The notes under the pieces: generated by a model
What the model saw: the letters and a program-made list of their open reading frames with translations, nothing else
Told to the model about the DNA's origin: nothing
The model's database searches: none
Shown: in pieces, positions 37,130 through 51,500 of the stretch
Layout of the letters: every line of letters begins with the position of its first letter
Position numbering within the stretch: the first letter of the stretch is position 1
NCBI GenBank assembly: GCA_043228905.1
Contig: JBHGNT010000022.1
Span: 4,526,001 to 4,590,000 of the forward strand
Direction: 5' to 3'
Origin: Azolla caroliniana
Lineage: Eukaryota > Plantae > Polypodiophyta
DNA: 64,000 nucleotides
Position numbers and translations under genes: made by a program

Positions 37130-40100
37130 TGTTGTGAAATCGGTCTCTCCAGATGGGATCTAGTGATGAATAAAGAGGACCTGGTGAGAACCAGAAGAGA
37201 TCCGGAAACCGGATTGGTGGACCCGGTGAGAACCAGAAGAGAAGATAGATTTGTAAATATGTCTTGAATAAGCCCATTGAGGCTATATTTGTAAATAGCC
37301 CTAAGTTCATAAGCCTATAAATAGGACTTAGGGCAATCACTTTAGATATCGAGGTTATTATAGTTGTGGTCATATTGTTGTAACTATTGTACAAAGAGAG
37401 AGAGAGAGAGGGAGAGAGAGAGAGAGAGATACAGAGCTATACTCTGTTGTAACCGCCACTGTGCGAAGAAACAGAGCTTGAGGTCGTTGCCTCCAAGTCT
37501 TTGATTGTACCCCTTCTCTTCATAGTGATAGTTTGGAGTCTATGGGCTCCCGTGGTTTTTCCCTATTAGGGTTTTCCACGTAAACATCCTATGTCCTTTT
37601 TCTTATGTACTCTCCCCTTCCCATTTCTGTGTTTGATTCTTATAGAAGTGATTTACTACTCAGTTGTGGCCGAGCGATATTCCGTGTATTTCTCTACAAT
37701 CTGGTATCAGAGCGAACAACACAGAAAATGGAAGAATCTTACGGCGGCATATTCAAGCTCACCGGCTCCAACTACTCAGTGTGGAAGTCGAAGATGAGGG
37801 ATATGTTGGTGGTTAAAGATCTTTGGTTGCCGGTTCAGTTCAGGGACAAGAGACGGGATAAGATCGACGCCACGGTGTGGGAGGTGATGCACATGAAGAC
37901 GACGACATACATCTGGTGCTTCATCGACATGAGCCTGTACAACAACTTCAATGAAGAGAGCAAGGCTCATGAACTCTGGGAGAAGATCGGCATCATGTTC
38001 CAGAACAAGAATGTCGTTAATCGGGTTTCGGTATTTCGGAAGCTAGTGAGGCTCCGGTACCAAGACGGATCCAGTATGGCGGAGCACATGAATGCCTTCT
38101 AGGGGTTGATACACCAAACAATCTCGTTGGAAGTACCTCTCGCCGATGAGGTACTTGCTCTACTCTTGCTTGGTTCCCTCCCGGATAGCTGGGAGACGTT
38201 AGTTGTCACGTTGGGCAACGCCGGGCCGGAAGGAAAACAGCTATCCCTAGCAAGGGTCAAGTCGAGCTTGCTAGATGAGGAGGCACGTCGAAAAGACAAG
38301 GAGGTAATCTCCGACGCCAAAGCCCTCCTTACCGAATCGGAACACGGAAGACAAAGGAATCGGAGTCCCTAGAATCGGGAAAAGTCGGGGACACGGTCAA
38401 AGTCAAGGGGGAGACCTAGTTGCTTTTATTGCGGCAAGCCGGGGCACTTCCAGAAGAACTGTTGGCATTTCCGGAAGCACAACGGAACCGACAGTACCGA
38501 TTCGAAGAAGTCACCGGACCGAAATGGTTTGGATCGGCGAAGCCCGGACCGAAAGGGAACGACGGTGATCGCGGCAAGTGAAGAAGAACTAATGCTTATC
38601 ACCGAGGAGAGTGAGTTGAACCTTGCCGTCGACAAGACAAGATGGGTTGTCGATTCTGGAGCCTCGTTCCACCTTACCCCGAACCGAAAATGCTTCTGAT
38701 CCTACACAGCCGGTGAGCACGGCTGTGTCCGGGTGGGGAATGATGGGACATGTCGAATTATCGGCATAGGAGATGTGTTGTTGACAACATCAACCAGATG
38801 CAAGTTGTTGTTGAAGGATGTCTGACACGTTCTGGAGGTTCGACTGAACCTGATATCAGTCGGTTGGCTAGATGATGAAGGCTACACAGGTAGCATCAGG
38901 AATGGTGTCATGAAGTTCTGCAAAGGGAGCTTAATAGTGGCTCGAGCCCGGAAGGTCAACACATTGTACTTGATGAATGCCCGGATATGCCAGGAAGAAG
39001 TGAACGTAGCATCCGACATTGTTAGTGAGTTGTGGCACAAAAGACTGTGTCACATGAGTGAGAAGGGGATGAAGAGGCTTGCTGAAGACAACCTCATTCT
39101 GGTGAAGGACGTGCAACTTGAGAAGTGCACCGACTGCCTAGCCTGCAAGCAAAACCGCACCTCCTTCCGGTCAAGACCACCACCGATGAGACGGAATGCA
39201 CCATTGGAGCTGGTGCATACCAATGTGTGTCAAGTCGACACGAAGTCACATGCTGGATCGCAGTACTTCGTAACGTTCATAGACGACCACATCCGGAAGC
39301 TGTGGGTTTCACCGTTGAAGACGAAGGACCAAGTGTTATCCGTCTTCAAGGAGCTCCACACAAGAGTGGAAAGAGAAACCGGTCCGAAGATGAAGACGAT
39401 TCGAGCAGATAACAGAGGAGAATATCGGGGGCAGTTCGAGGAGTACAGCCGGTCGAAGGGAATCCGGCTTGAGTTTACTATGCCGAAGACACCGAAACTA
39501 AACGGGCTGGCCGAAAGGATGAACCGAACCATAATGGAGAGAGTTCGGAGCATGCTCTAACATGCGAAATTACCCAAGACATTTTGGGCTGAGGCGCTGA
39601 CGACGGCGACCTATGTGATAAATAGATCACCCTCAGTACCATTGGACGAAGACTCACCGCAGAAAGTATGGATCGGTAAGGATGTGTCTTACCGGCATCT
39701 GAAGGTGTTCGAGTGTCTCGCATACGTGCATGTAGCGAAGGACAAGAGGGCAAAGCTGGATCCGAAGTCCCGGCCATACATCTTCCTTGGATACGGCGAT
39801 GATGAGTTCAGTTACCGGGTGTGGGATCTTGTCAACAGAAAGGTGTTCCGGATTCAGGACATAGTCTTCATGGAATACAGGACCAATGCCGACTGGGAGT
39901 CAGAGAAGAAGGTAACGAACTCCGGATCATCCATTGAAAACCAGCTTGAGGACAAAAGGAAAGCTTTGAAGAAGCAAGGGGAGTCACCCACATCCGCAAG
40001 TGGTTGAGTGCCATGTAGGATGAGATGGATTCCCTGCATGAGAACCACACATACGAATTGGTGGAGTTACCGAAAGGAAAGAGGGCACTCCGGAACAAGT

Positions 40101-42089
40101 GGGTGTACGAACTGAAACTGGGAGATGCCGGAAATCCACCAAGGTATAAGGCTCGAATCGTGGTGAAGGTCTTCCAGCAGAAAAAAGGACTAGACTTCGA
40201 TGAGATCTTTGCCCCGGTAGTAAAGATGACATCCATCCGGACGGTATTGGGCATAGCGGCAAGCATGGACCCCGAGGTAGAGCAACTGGACGTCAAGATG
40301 GCATTCCTACACGGGGACCTCGAAGAAGAGATCTACATGCATCAACCGAAAGGATTTGAGAAGAAAGAGAAGGAGCACATGGTGTGCCGGCTAAAGAAGA
40401 GCTTATACGGACTGAAGCAAGCTCCCCGGCAATGGTACCGGAAGTTTGACTCCTTCATGACCGATCAAGGGTACTACAAGACGCAGGCCGATCACTGCGT
40501 GTTTGTGAAGAAATTTGATGGAGGCGATTTCCTAATATTGCTCCTGTACGTGGACGACATGTTGATCGTCGGACGAGATCAAGTCAAGATACGGATGCTG
40601 AAGAAGGCCCTTAACCGGACCTTCTCAATGAAAGACTTCACTCCATCAAGACAAATACTGGGGATGCACATCATCCGGGACAGGTTGAAGAAGCAATTGT
40701 GGCTGTCACAGGAAAAGTATGTGACAAAGGTCTTCAGTGGTTTAACATGTCAAAAGCAAAACCGATCGGATCGACACTCCCAGCAAACTACAGATTATCC
40801 GGTATGCAAAGCCCGAAGACAAAGGCAGAGAAGGCAGATATGATGAAGATTCCATATGCCTCTGCGGTCGGGAGCTTGACGTATGCAATGGTGTGTACTT
40901 GACCGGATATTGGATACGCAGTTGGAGTGGTGAGTCGGTTCATGACCAACCCCGAAAAAGAGCACTGGAATGCGGTAAAATGGATACTCCGATACTTGAA
41001 GGGCACTTCGAGTATGTGCCTCCGATTCGGCTCCGGTAAACCCTCATGAATCCTTTACCGATTCGGATATGTCAGCTGATGTGGACACCAGCCGGTCAAC
41101 TTCCAGATATGTCATGACCTATGCATGGGGAGCCGTTTCGTGGAAGTCGAGGTTGCAGGAGACGGTTGCGCTGTCAACCACGGAGGCGGCGGAGTACATG
41201 GCAGTCGTGGAACCTAGCAAGAAAATATTATGGATGAAGGACTTCATTGGAGAGCTAGGGATCCGACAAGAGGAATACCAACTCTACTGCGATAGTCAAA
41301 GTGTCATCCACCTTGCAAAGAACGCGGCATACCATTCCAGAACGAAGCACATCCAACACAGGTACCACTAGATCTGGGAGCAAGTTGAAGATCAGGAGTT
41401 CATGCTGACGAAAATCCACACCAAGGAGAACAGGTCGGATATGTTGACCAAGGTGCTGACACCTGACAAGCTAGACGCATGCCGGAAGCGGATCAAACTT
41501 ACAAGACATCCCATACCGGAGTGAAGGGGGAGATTGTTGGGAAATCGATCTCTCCGGATGGGATTCGGTGATGAATAAAGAAGAGCCGGTGTGAACCGGA
41601 AGAGATCCGGAAACCAAATCGGTGGACCCGGTGAGAACCAGAAGAGAAGACAGATTTGTAAATATGTCTTGAATAAGCCCATTGAGGCTATATTTGTAAA
41701 TAGCCCTAAGGTCATAAGCCTATAAATATGAGTTAGGGCAATCACTTTAGATATCGAGGTTATTATAGTTGTGGTCATATTGTTGTAACTGTTGTACAAA
41801 GAGAGAGAGGGAGAGAGAGAGAGAGAGTTATACTCTGTTGTAACCGCCACTATGCAAAGAAACAGAGCTTTAGGTCATTGCCTCCAAGTCTCTGATTGTA
41901 CCCCTTCTCTTCATAGTGATAGTTCGGAATCTATGGGCTCCCACATTTTTTCCTTATTAGGGTTTTCCACGTAAACATCCTGTGTCATTTTTCTTGTGTG
42001 CCCTCCCCTTCCCATTTCTATGTTTGATTATTATAGAAGTGATTTACTACTCGATTGTGGCCGAACGATATTCCGTGCATTTCTCTACA
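37130..42089 (+). mobile_element. Near-full-length Ty1/copia element D (Tork/Tto1-like), inactivated by stops
   Basis: LTRs 37130-37698 and 41535-42089; perfect TSD CCTCC; PBS tggtatcagagc 37702-37713; PPT 41522-41533; gag-PR-IN-RT-RH 37728-41524. Confidence 0.95.
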
Positions 42090-42156
42090 CCTCCGATGCT
42101 ACTACTTACTCGGCTTCTGTGGTAGACAGAGTCGTGCACTCTTGAAGGTTTGACCT

Positions 42157-44242
42157 TGTTGAGAGACAAGCTCAACATTTGTGCGTAATACGATGCGTAA
42201 CCAGTGCGTAGACTGGGTGCGTAAAATCGGTACGCATAACATGGTCGTAGCGGTGCGTAAACCGCGAGGCCATTTGAAACATATTCCTCGTAAGGAATAG
42301 TTTTGGGAGTAAGTGTCGAGGCTCATTTATGAGCAGTCAAGCACTGTCAGCACTTGTGTCAGCCCATTGTTAAGGCTTGTATAAAAGGTGCTCATTAAGC
42401 ACGATGTATGTACAGATTTAGCATTTTGAATTGAGTTTTGTGTGTGTTCTCTCTTTGTCTCTCCTACGTACTGTGTATACTCAAGCTCTCCATTAAACCT
42501 GCGTATTTTCTCTGTGTTCGTTTTTCCATTGCTTCCGCACATAATCTTTTACATGGTATCAGAGCACGAGGGTTGAAAACCTCTACAGCTAACATAGCTT
42601 GAAACAAAAACTAACCAAGAAGAATAGGCAAAACTGATGGATAGAGGAATGGCTAGCTCGCTTCCAACAGAGAAGCTCGATAGAAACAACTACGCATCTT
42701 GGTCCTACAAGATGCAGCAGTACCTGCTCGGGCACGGTTACTGGAGGTATGTCAACGAAGCAAATGACACAACACCCGAATCGACACACAAAGATTTCCC
42801 AACGTGGGAACAATCGGTGAGCAGAGTGTTGTACTGTTTCGCGTCTTGTGTGGGTGAACAGCTATTAAGCTACGTTCGGGATGCAAAAACGCTGAAGCGT
42901 GCGTGGGAAAATCTCAAGAAGATCTTCGCCGCGAGCACCACAACCAGGAAGCTTCAGCTCCGACGGGAGTTGAGCAACCTACAACAACGCGATTTGTCAG
43001 TGGCTGACTATACCTCGAAGATCAAGGACATATGTGACTCCTTAGCTTCCATCAATGTGAACATCGAGGAAAGCGAGATGGTCCAGGTTTGTCTTAGGGG
43101 TTTGGCATCAAATTTCGGAGCGTTCCGAACTGTTGTGTGTACACGGGAGAATACGTCGTCATTTATCGACTTACAATCGATGCTCCTTATAGAGGAGAAC
43201 CACGCGGGTGCGTCAACGAGCATGTACACCGACAGCAAGATGTTGTACACAGAGGGAGATAGACCCAGTGGTCGTGGTGGTTGTGGTGGACGAGGCGAGT
43301 CGGTGCGCAATGGAGGCGGCCGACGGGATCAAGGAAGAAGGCACCGAAGTGATACCAACAACAATTCCGGACCCTCCGGAAATAGGGGGAGTCGAGGCAA
43401 CGAGAACCGGCAAGGGAAATCCGTCGCGGAATGTTGGTACTATGGCAAGAAAGGCCACAAGGAGAGCGAGTGCTAGAAAAAGCACGCTGATTCGGAGAGA
43501 ACCGGGTCGGGATCAGGTTCCGGACAGACCGACAAAGGAAATCGGCAACGATCGCACTACGCTGAAGGATCCGAAGAAACCGGAAAAGGGTCAGTCTTCG
43601 TGACGAGACACGAAGCAAACTCAATGAAGCAGACCACCCCGAAATTGGACGAGGTGTGGTACGTTGTCGTGAAGAATTTCGTCCAGAGGTGGAAACCGGG
43701 AAACATTGGCTACATCGGCGGGATGCAGCATGTGTGCTCACCCTTGTACATTTAGTGTGAATAACGAGGGCGCCTTAATGGCTCCAAAGAGTAGTTAAGT
43801 CGGGATTTATCCCACATTGTAACGCATCCCTCTCCTTGTTCTATAAAAGGAAGGGAGCGGCCCTTGTGAAAGGGTTGCCCATTTTGCGTTAGAGGGTATA
43901 CCGTTAGATTTAGGGTTAGCTTCTTCTTCTTCTTCTTCTTCTTCTTCCCCCTTCGTGTTTTGCTTAGGGTTTGCTTCGGCTCGGCCTCTTGTGCAAGACC
44001 CCGCTCGGCGCGACGAGCCGAGAGCTCCCCGACGGCGGCTTGACAACAGACGACTACTGTAACCTACCTTGGTCCGGCTCGACACCGGGAATGTATTTTC
44101 CCTTTTATATATAAATACGTTTGCGTCTATCTGTGTATATTCGCGTCTTTGCTGGTGTCAGGTGCTTCCCCCTTCCTGCGTTTCCTGTACATAAGGGCGT
44201 GAGTCGGGTTGGCGTGCGTGTGTGTGCATGAGTCAGTGTCAA

Positions 44243-44310
<68 letters not shown>

Positions 44311-47300
44311 ATTGCTTCCGGTGTGCTTCTGGGATGCCCCGGAAACGGTGAAGTACGACTTCCTACGCTCCGTCACTCCCTAGTCCAAGACCCCCGTGGT
44401 CCCGCCTTTCTCCATGCACGCGCGTAACAACACGACAACGTCGACTCCAGCGCGTCAAATCACATGACGAGCCATAAGGAGTGGGTTCTCATACATTGAG
44501 AAACCGACACAACCAGGAGTAGTCGCAACCGGAGACGACACTCCGCATCCGATCGCGAATGTCGGTTAAGTTTCCTTGAGCCATGTCGGGCAGAAAGGGA
44601 AACTCATGAACGTGTTACACATCCCGACAATCACAAAGAACCTGGTGTTAGTCGGACAGATCGTCGACCAAGGGGTGCAGGTTCGGTTTATGCATCTCAG
44701 GTGCTTCATTGAGGAAGAAGGTCGTGTTATTGCGCAAGGTCGTGTTATCCTCGACTCTAGTGCCGGTGGCACCGCAATGTTCGTGAAGGGACAAAAAGTC
44801 GAGTCGGACATCGACTTATGGCACAAGTGGATCGGCCATGTCAACTACCAGTGGCATCAGGACCTGTAATTGAAACAAGTAGTGTTCGGATTGCCCAAAT
44901 TTAGTGGCCAGAAGGCACAAATTTGTGAAGCCTGCCAGCTTGGGAAGCAACACCGACTTCCCTTCCCCAACGAGCGTAACCGGAGCTGGAACAGGCTCGA
45001 CATGATACACTCCGATGTGTGGGGGCCGGCACAAAACGTTAGTCTTGGCAGGAGCCGATATTTCGTCTCCTTCATCGACGACTACACGCGGCACACGTGG
45101 ATCTACCTCATTGAGAGGAAGAGCGAAGTCTTCGACTGTTTCCGGGACCTCAAAGGGTTCCTGGAAACGGAAACAGGAAGAAAGGTCAAGTGCCTGTGGT
45201 CGGATGGCGGAAAAGAATACTTTTCCAGTCAATTCAACGGTTATCTACAACAGATGGGAATTCGGTGCAAATTTGGTTGTAGATACATGCCAGACGAAAA
45301 CGGCGTGGTCGAGAGGAAAAATCGGTCGGTTGTGGAAGCGGCACGGGCAATGCTAGAGGAGAAGAGCTTGCCCAAGTTCTATTGGGCCGAGGCGGTACGA
45401 ACTGCAGTATACATCCAAAATCAGATCGGAGAAAAAGTGTCGGTGCACGAGCTATATTTCGGAACGAAGCCGAACTTGCGACACTTACGAGTTTTCGGTA
45501 GCATTGCGTATGTGCATGTGCCGAAGGAGAAACGGAGGAAGCTGGATGCAAAGGCCGAGAAATGCATCTTGGTCGGTTATTCAGACAAGCAGAAGGGTTA
45601 TAAGTGTTATAAGCCGCGCACCAAACAAGCGCGCGTGAGCCGTGACGTTGTGTTTGACAAGTCCGCGTCCTAGTACCTGCCTCCAACTCTGAACCTCAAC
45701 TCCAATCCGAGCTCTGACGATGAGGTCAGCGAGACTGAGATGCCTCCGGATGAGCCTGAAATCGGGATCTGCGAAAAGAGTCCGATTTCGTTTTGGATAA
45801 CTAGACCAAATGAACGACTGAGTTGGTTTGACCAGTCTGATGAAGAGTCGGCGAGTAGTGGAGACTCGATCGTGCATTCCCCGCATAGGAAGCCGAGGAG
45901 ACGGCTTACGCGCAATGAAAAAGAGAAGAAGAAGGTGTCTGATTACGGCACGGATAGGAGCAAGTCGGATCAACGCGAGCCCGACTCTAAGAGAAGCAAT
46001 GATGGGTCTTCGAAAGCGAAGTCCACATCGGCTAAGAAAGCCTCAACCTCGGCTAATGACCAATTACGCCGATCTACCCGCCAAAAGAACCCTGTTGTGC
46101 GGTTCGGTTATAATGAGTACATGGCGCATCACTATACGTACATGACCCGTGTTGCGGAAGTGTGTGAGCCGGGGAGCTACGTAGAAGCGGTGAAAGACAC
46201 GAACTGGCGTGCCGCGATGGAGGAAGAGATGTGTGCATTGGCGGAAAATGAAACCTGGGACCTGGTTGACGCACCGAAAGGTGTGAAGCCGATCGGATGT
46301 TGGTGGGTGTACAAGGTCAAGTACAACACCGAAGGCTCAGTCAACCGATACAAGGCCCGGTTAGTAGCAAAAGGCTACGCGCAGAAACACGGTATCCACT
46401 ATGATGAGACGTTTGCGCCGGTCGTGAAAATGACGACCGTCCGTGTTTTGCTCGTGGTAGTTGCGGCAAAGGGGTGGCACTTACATCAAATGGATGTAAA
46501 GAATGCGTTCTTGCAAGGTGAGCTTGAGGAACAGGTGTATATGGTACAACCCCCTAGATTTCACTCCGGAACGAACACTTCGGCGGTGTGCCGATTGAAG
46601 AAGTCCCTTTACGAACTAAAGCAAGCCCCGCGTGCCTGGAATGCGAAGATCACGCAACAACTATGTCGGATGGGCTTTGCGACGTCGAAATCGGACTCCT
46701 CACTGTTCATCCGGAAAGGTCGACTCGGGCCGGTTAGTATTCTACTTTATGTTGATGACTTGGTCATCACCGGCGCCGACCTAAGTGAAATCAACCGCAT
46801 GAAGCTCCATCTTGCGGCATCATTCGACATGAAGGATCTTGGAGACCTTCATTACTTCCTCAAGATCAAAGTGATCCGCACCCCCGAAGGCATAATGATC
46901 GGCCAACGTCATTACGTGCTAAATATGCTCTTCAAATTCAGGATGGCCGACTGTAAGTCCGTCTCGACTCCTCTGGATAGAACCGTCAAGCTTCGCCCCA
47001 ATTCCGGCAAGGTATGTGACCCGACGAGGTTCCGACAAATTGTTGGAAGCCTTATCTACTTGACAATCACCTGACCCGATCTCAGTTATCCGGTTGGGGT
47101 GATCAGTAAGTTCATGGCGTGACCTACCGAGGAGCACCTTCAATGTGCACAACGCGTATTGTGATACGTAAGCGGCACTAAGGACCGGGGACTGTTATAT
47201 CGGACCAGTCCAGCCTCACAGTTGGTCGGCTACACCGATGCTGATTAGGCCGGCAACGCCGCCAATCGCTGATCCACGTCTGGATACACGTTCTCTCTTG

Positions 47301-48555
47301 GGAGTGTTGCGGTAGCGTGGAGCAGTAAGAAGCAGCCGACAGTTGCACTGTCGAGCACCGAAGCCCAGTACCGAGGAGCAGCTGTCGCGACATGCGAAGC
47401 CATATGGTTGAAGCGGCTACTTAAGGATCTGCAGGTAGAGGTGTCCGATCCTACGACGATCTACTGCGACAACCTCAGCAGCATCCAGCTCACGAAGAAC
47501 CTCGTTTTCTACGCACGGACCAAGCACATTGAGGTGCACTACCATTTCGTCCGTGAGCGTGTCCTTTCTGGTGAAGTCAAACTTCAGCATGTTCCGACGG
47601 ATCGGTAGACCGCCAACATCTTCACCAAGCCTCTTGAACTGGACAAGTTGCGGCAATTCTCGGGTGTGCTTGGGTTATGTCACCTCAACGTGCCGAACTT
47701 GAGCGAGAGAGATGTCCCGAATGAACACGGAAGGGGGAGAGAAGACCGCGACGCCTAGTCGGATGACGAATTCGATTTCGGATCGGCTGAAGAAGTCGAG
47801 GGTGGACCTGCGAAAGAGCTGAAGCCAACCAAGTGTGGGCGAGACCGAAGACGAGTTGGAGACATCCAACTCGGACGAGAGCGAAAATCGATCGGAGGGA
47901 GCCGAGTCAGTTCGGATGTTTGATTCGGATACGCTGAATCAACCAAGGGCCAAGCGGAAAAGAAGGCAACAGGAGAAGCGCCAACACCACAATAGCAAGG
48001 GAGTTGCGAAGGGCCATGGGAGCAGACAAGCCGACCAGAAGGGTCGAAGCGCGCGGAGTCGAACAGGCCGAGGAGCGCGAGCGAGGCGTGGAGCCAGGAG
48101 AAGTCGGAGCGTAGATCCGGCGGAGAAGGCGGAACCTCCAGTTGAGCTTGAGGGGGAGTGTTGAGAGACAAGCTCAACATTTGTGCATAATACGATGCGT
48201 AACCAGTGCGTAGACTGGGTGCGTAAAATCGGTACGCATAACATGGTCGTAGCGGTGCATAAACCACGAGGCCATTTGAAAGATATTCCTCGTAAGGAAT
48301 AGTTTTGGGAGTAAGTGTCGAGGCTCATTTATGATCAGTCCAGCACTGTCAGCACTTGTGTCAGCCCATTGTCAAGGCTTGTATAAAAGGTGCTCACTAA
48401 GCACGATGTATGTACAGAGTTAGCATTTTGAATTGAGTTCTATGTGTGTTCTCTCTTTGTCTCTCCCGCATACTGTGTATACTCAAGCTCTCCATTAAAC
48501 CTGTGTATTTTCTCTGTGTTAGTTTTTCCATTGCTTCCGCACATAATCTTTTACA
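42157..48555 (+). mobile_element. Full-length Ty1/copia element F, inactivated
   Basis: 397-bp LTRs 42157-42553 and 48159-48555 (about 16 differences by eye); TSD GACCT/GAACT; PBS 42554-42565; PPT tgagggggag; gag 42637-43476; IN 44870-45673; RT 46150-47070. Confidence 0.95.
43665..44437 (+). mobile_element. 773-bp solo LTR-like insertion with 4-bp TSD
   Basis: TGTCGTG...CACGACA termini; ACGT on both sides; removal restores protease VWYVDSSASNHM; TATA-like tataaaa about 43842; (CT)n and (CTT)n tracts; strand inferred from TATA. Confidence 0.85.
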
Positions 48556-51500
48556 GAACTCCATGATATAGCACCACCGCCATAGCTAAAGATGTAGCTT
48601 GATGTTGATTTCCGATTGTTTGAGTTCCCAGCATAGTCGGAGTCAGTGTAGCCTTTGACTTCGATCGGATTTGCCGATCCGAAAGCCAGTTGTGCATCTT
48701 CGGTTCCTCTTAGGTACCTAAAGATGTGCTTGATGGCCTCCCAATGCTTCCATCCTAGTTTTGACATGTACCAGTGGATGACCTCGACGACATATGCAAG
48801 GTCGGTCGAGTCGCCACCATCGTGTACATGATACTTCCTACTGCTGATGCGTATGGTATCTTCCCATTAAGCTCTTTCTCCTTGTTCATCAAAGGAGACT
48901 CTCTGTCTGATAGTCAGATCGACGTCGGAAGTAGTGTTGGTGTTGGCTTTGCGTTCTTCATGTTGAAGCGTTTCAACACCTAGCGAATATAGTCAGGTTG
49001 GGAGAGTTAGAGAGTTTTTGTTGTCCGATTGAGTCACTCTATCTTCATGCCCAGTATGTATCGGGCTTGTCCGAGTTCCTTCATCGTGAATTTTTCATGA
49101 AGGCTCCGCTTTAACTTTCCGAATTCAACTTGCTTGCTCCCTACAATCAGCATGTCATCCACATATAGGATCAGATAGATCCGGGACTCGTCGGCCAATT
49201 GCCAAATATACATACATGGGTCGGACTTGGATCGGTGGTATCCAAGTTGCCTGATGTACGAGTCAAACTTTTTGTACCACATCCTTGGCGCTTGTTTTAT
49301 GCCATATAGGCTTTTCTTCAGTCGACATGCGAGTTGACTTTCCTCCCCCATCACCGTGAAGCCTGCCAGTTGAGACATGTAAATGTCTTCTTCCAGATCT
49401 CCGTTTAGGAAAGTCGTCTTGACATCTAGTTGCTCAAGCTCTAGGTCCTCTGTCGCCACGACCCCGAGTAGGAGCCGAAGGGTGGTCATCTTGACTATTT
49501 GAGAGAATATGTCGTTGTAGTCAACTCCATGTTCTTGTTTGAAGTCCTTCGCGATAAGCCAAGCTTTGTATTTGGGCTTTTCCGATTCAAATATATATTT
49601 GTACCTAAAGAACCATTTGCAAGGTAGCGGCGTCCTTCCAGCTAGTAGTTTGAGAAGCTCCCATGTCTGATTCTGATAAATTGAGTCCATCCAGTGCGGC
49701 TATGGCTTCTTCTTATGTGCCTGGTTCACTTGAATCAGTGTAGTTGACGTAGTCGAGCCCGGTTGATAGAACTATATCGGCCTTCGAACTCGTCTGGATC
49801 TTCTGGTTGTCGTATTGATTGGTTCCACTGCTTCAGTCAGTTCGGTTGGCTGACTGGAATTACTTAGACCTTCTTCAGGAGTCCTATGGAACAATTCGTC
49901 CCTTTTATAGGATTTCGACATCTTTGAATTATCCTCCCCGTTTTCGGGATTGATAAACTTAGAGGTAGGGGACTTAGACGGCTCAGATCTGTTTTTCCCT
50001 TTTGCCTTGGGTGTTTCGATGGGGTCAACTTTGTCTCTTTCGACTCTGTTGCTTCTGGCTCACACCTTGTTGACTTTGCCTTTTTTGACTCCTATCAGTT
50101 TGGCTTTGACTTTGATGGCCTTGTCTTCGAGTTCAACTAGTGGACTTCCTACCGATTCGAAGTCGGCAGGGTATTGGCGGCTTGTTCAAGTTCAACTGTT
50201 TGTCGAATCTCTTATTCGGCCAGATAGGTTGATCTTTCTACGATGTCTCTATCGACTTCAAAGGAGACCTTCTTACCATTTTTTTTCTACTAGTTCCTCT
50301 CAAAGAGAATAGAGTTTTCATTGAAGACCACGTCACAACTCCGGATCAATTTCCGGTTCTCTGGGTCCCATAGCCTGTTGCCAAATTCCACATCGGTTCC
50401 ATAACTAAGAAATATGCATTTTGTTGCATGGGGTGCCAACTTGGTCCTTCTCTCCTTGGGGATGAATGTCTAGGCTTCGCATCCAAATATATGGAGACTA
50501 TAGTAGGTCGGTTGTTTGCCTGACCATAATGCTTGTGGCACTTCGAGCCTGATTGCTTTCGACAACGACAGGTTGATCAGATATACTGTCGTCTGCAATG
50601 CCTTGGCCCAGAACTCCAGCTTTATTCTGGCCTGCTAGAGCATTGTTGTCACCCTCTCTTGGATCATTCGGTTGATCCATTTTGCCACTCCATTCTACAT
50701 GGTTGTGTATGGAACGGTCTTTCGATGTTAGATCCCTTTGTCGGACAGGTAGTGTTTGAAGGCTCAGGAGTTGTATTCTCCTCCGTTGTCGGATCAGAGT
50801 GTCGTCACTCTATATCCTGACCAGTTCTCCACTTCAGTTATCCACCGAGTGAAGACCTCGAGTGCTTCGTCTTTCAACCTAAACAAATAGTCCCAGAATT
50901 TCTATGTACAATCATCTACAAATGTGATGAAGTACTGGGAGGCTCCTAGTGATCTCTCAGGCATAGGCCCACATATATCTATGTGCACGAGCTCTAGGGC
51001 TTGTACCATTTTGTAATGGAGAGAGTGCAGTCTTTGGGTCTGTTTCCCGTAGCAACAATGCTCGTAGAAGTTCATCTTCTCCTGGAGTTTTGTAATGTAG
51101 GCAACCGCTGTAAGCCAATCTAGGATGGCTTGAGACATATGCCCGAGTCAGTCATGCCATAGGTTCGGGTTAGTCTTTTCGACTACGTTCACGACCCCTT
51201 CTAGATTGATCACCATCATTAGATACAACTTATTGTACTTGTGTTCGTTCCCAAGCTTTAGATTTCCACAGTAGATCATGTCGACTCATTGAGAGTCGTT
51301 CTATACCCGTCTTCCACTAACATGTTGATGGAGACCAGACTCCTTTTCAGTGCAGGTACATGCTGGACTTGGTGCAGGACAAGCGTGTTTCCATTCGACA
51401 ATTGAATTGATACTTCGCCTATTCCAACGATTTTCCATTCCTGCCAATTGCCTAGGCAGATTGTGCCACTGGCCCCGGCCGAATAGTTCGAAAACCAATT

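Noticed and set aside
43187-48328. Long antisense ORFs over copia F and other elements
   Set aside because: Shadow ORFs of GC-rich retroelement coding sequence
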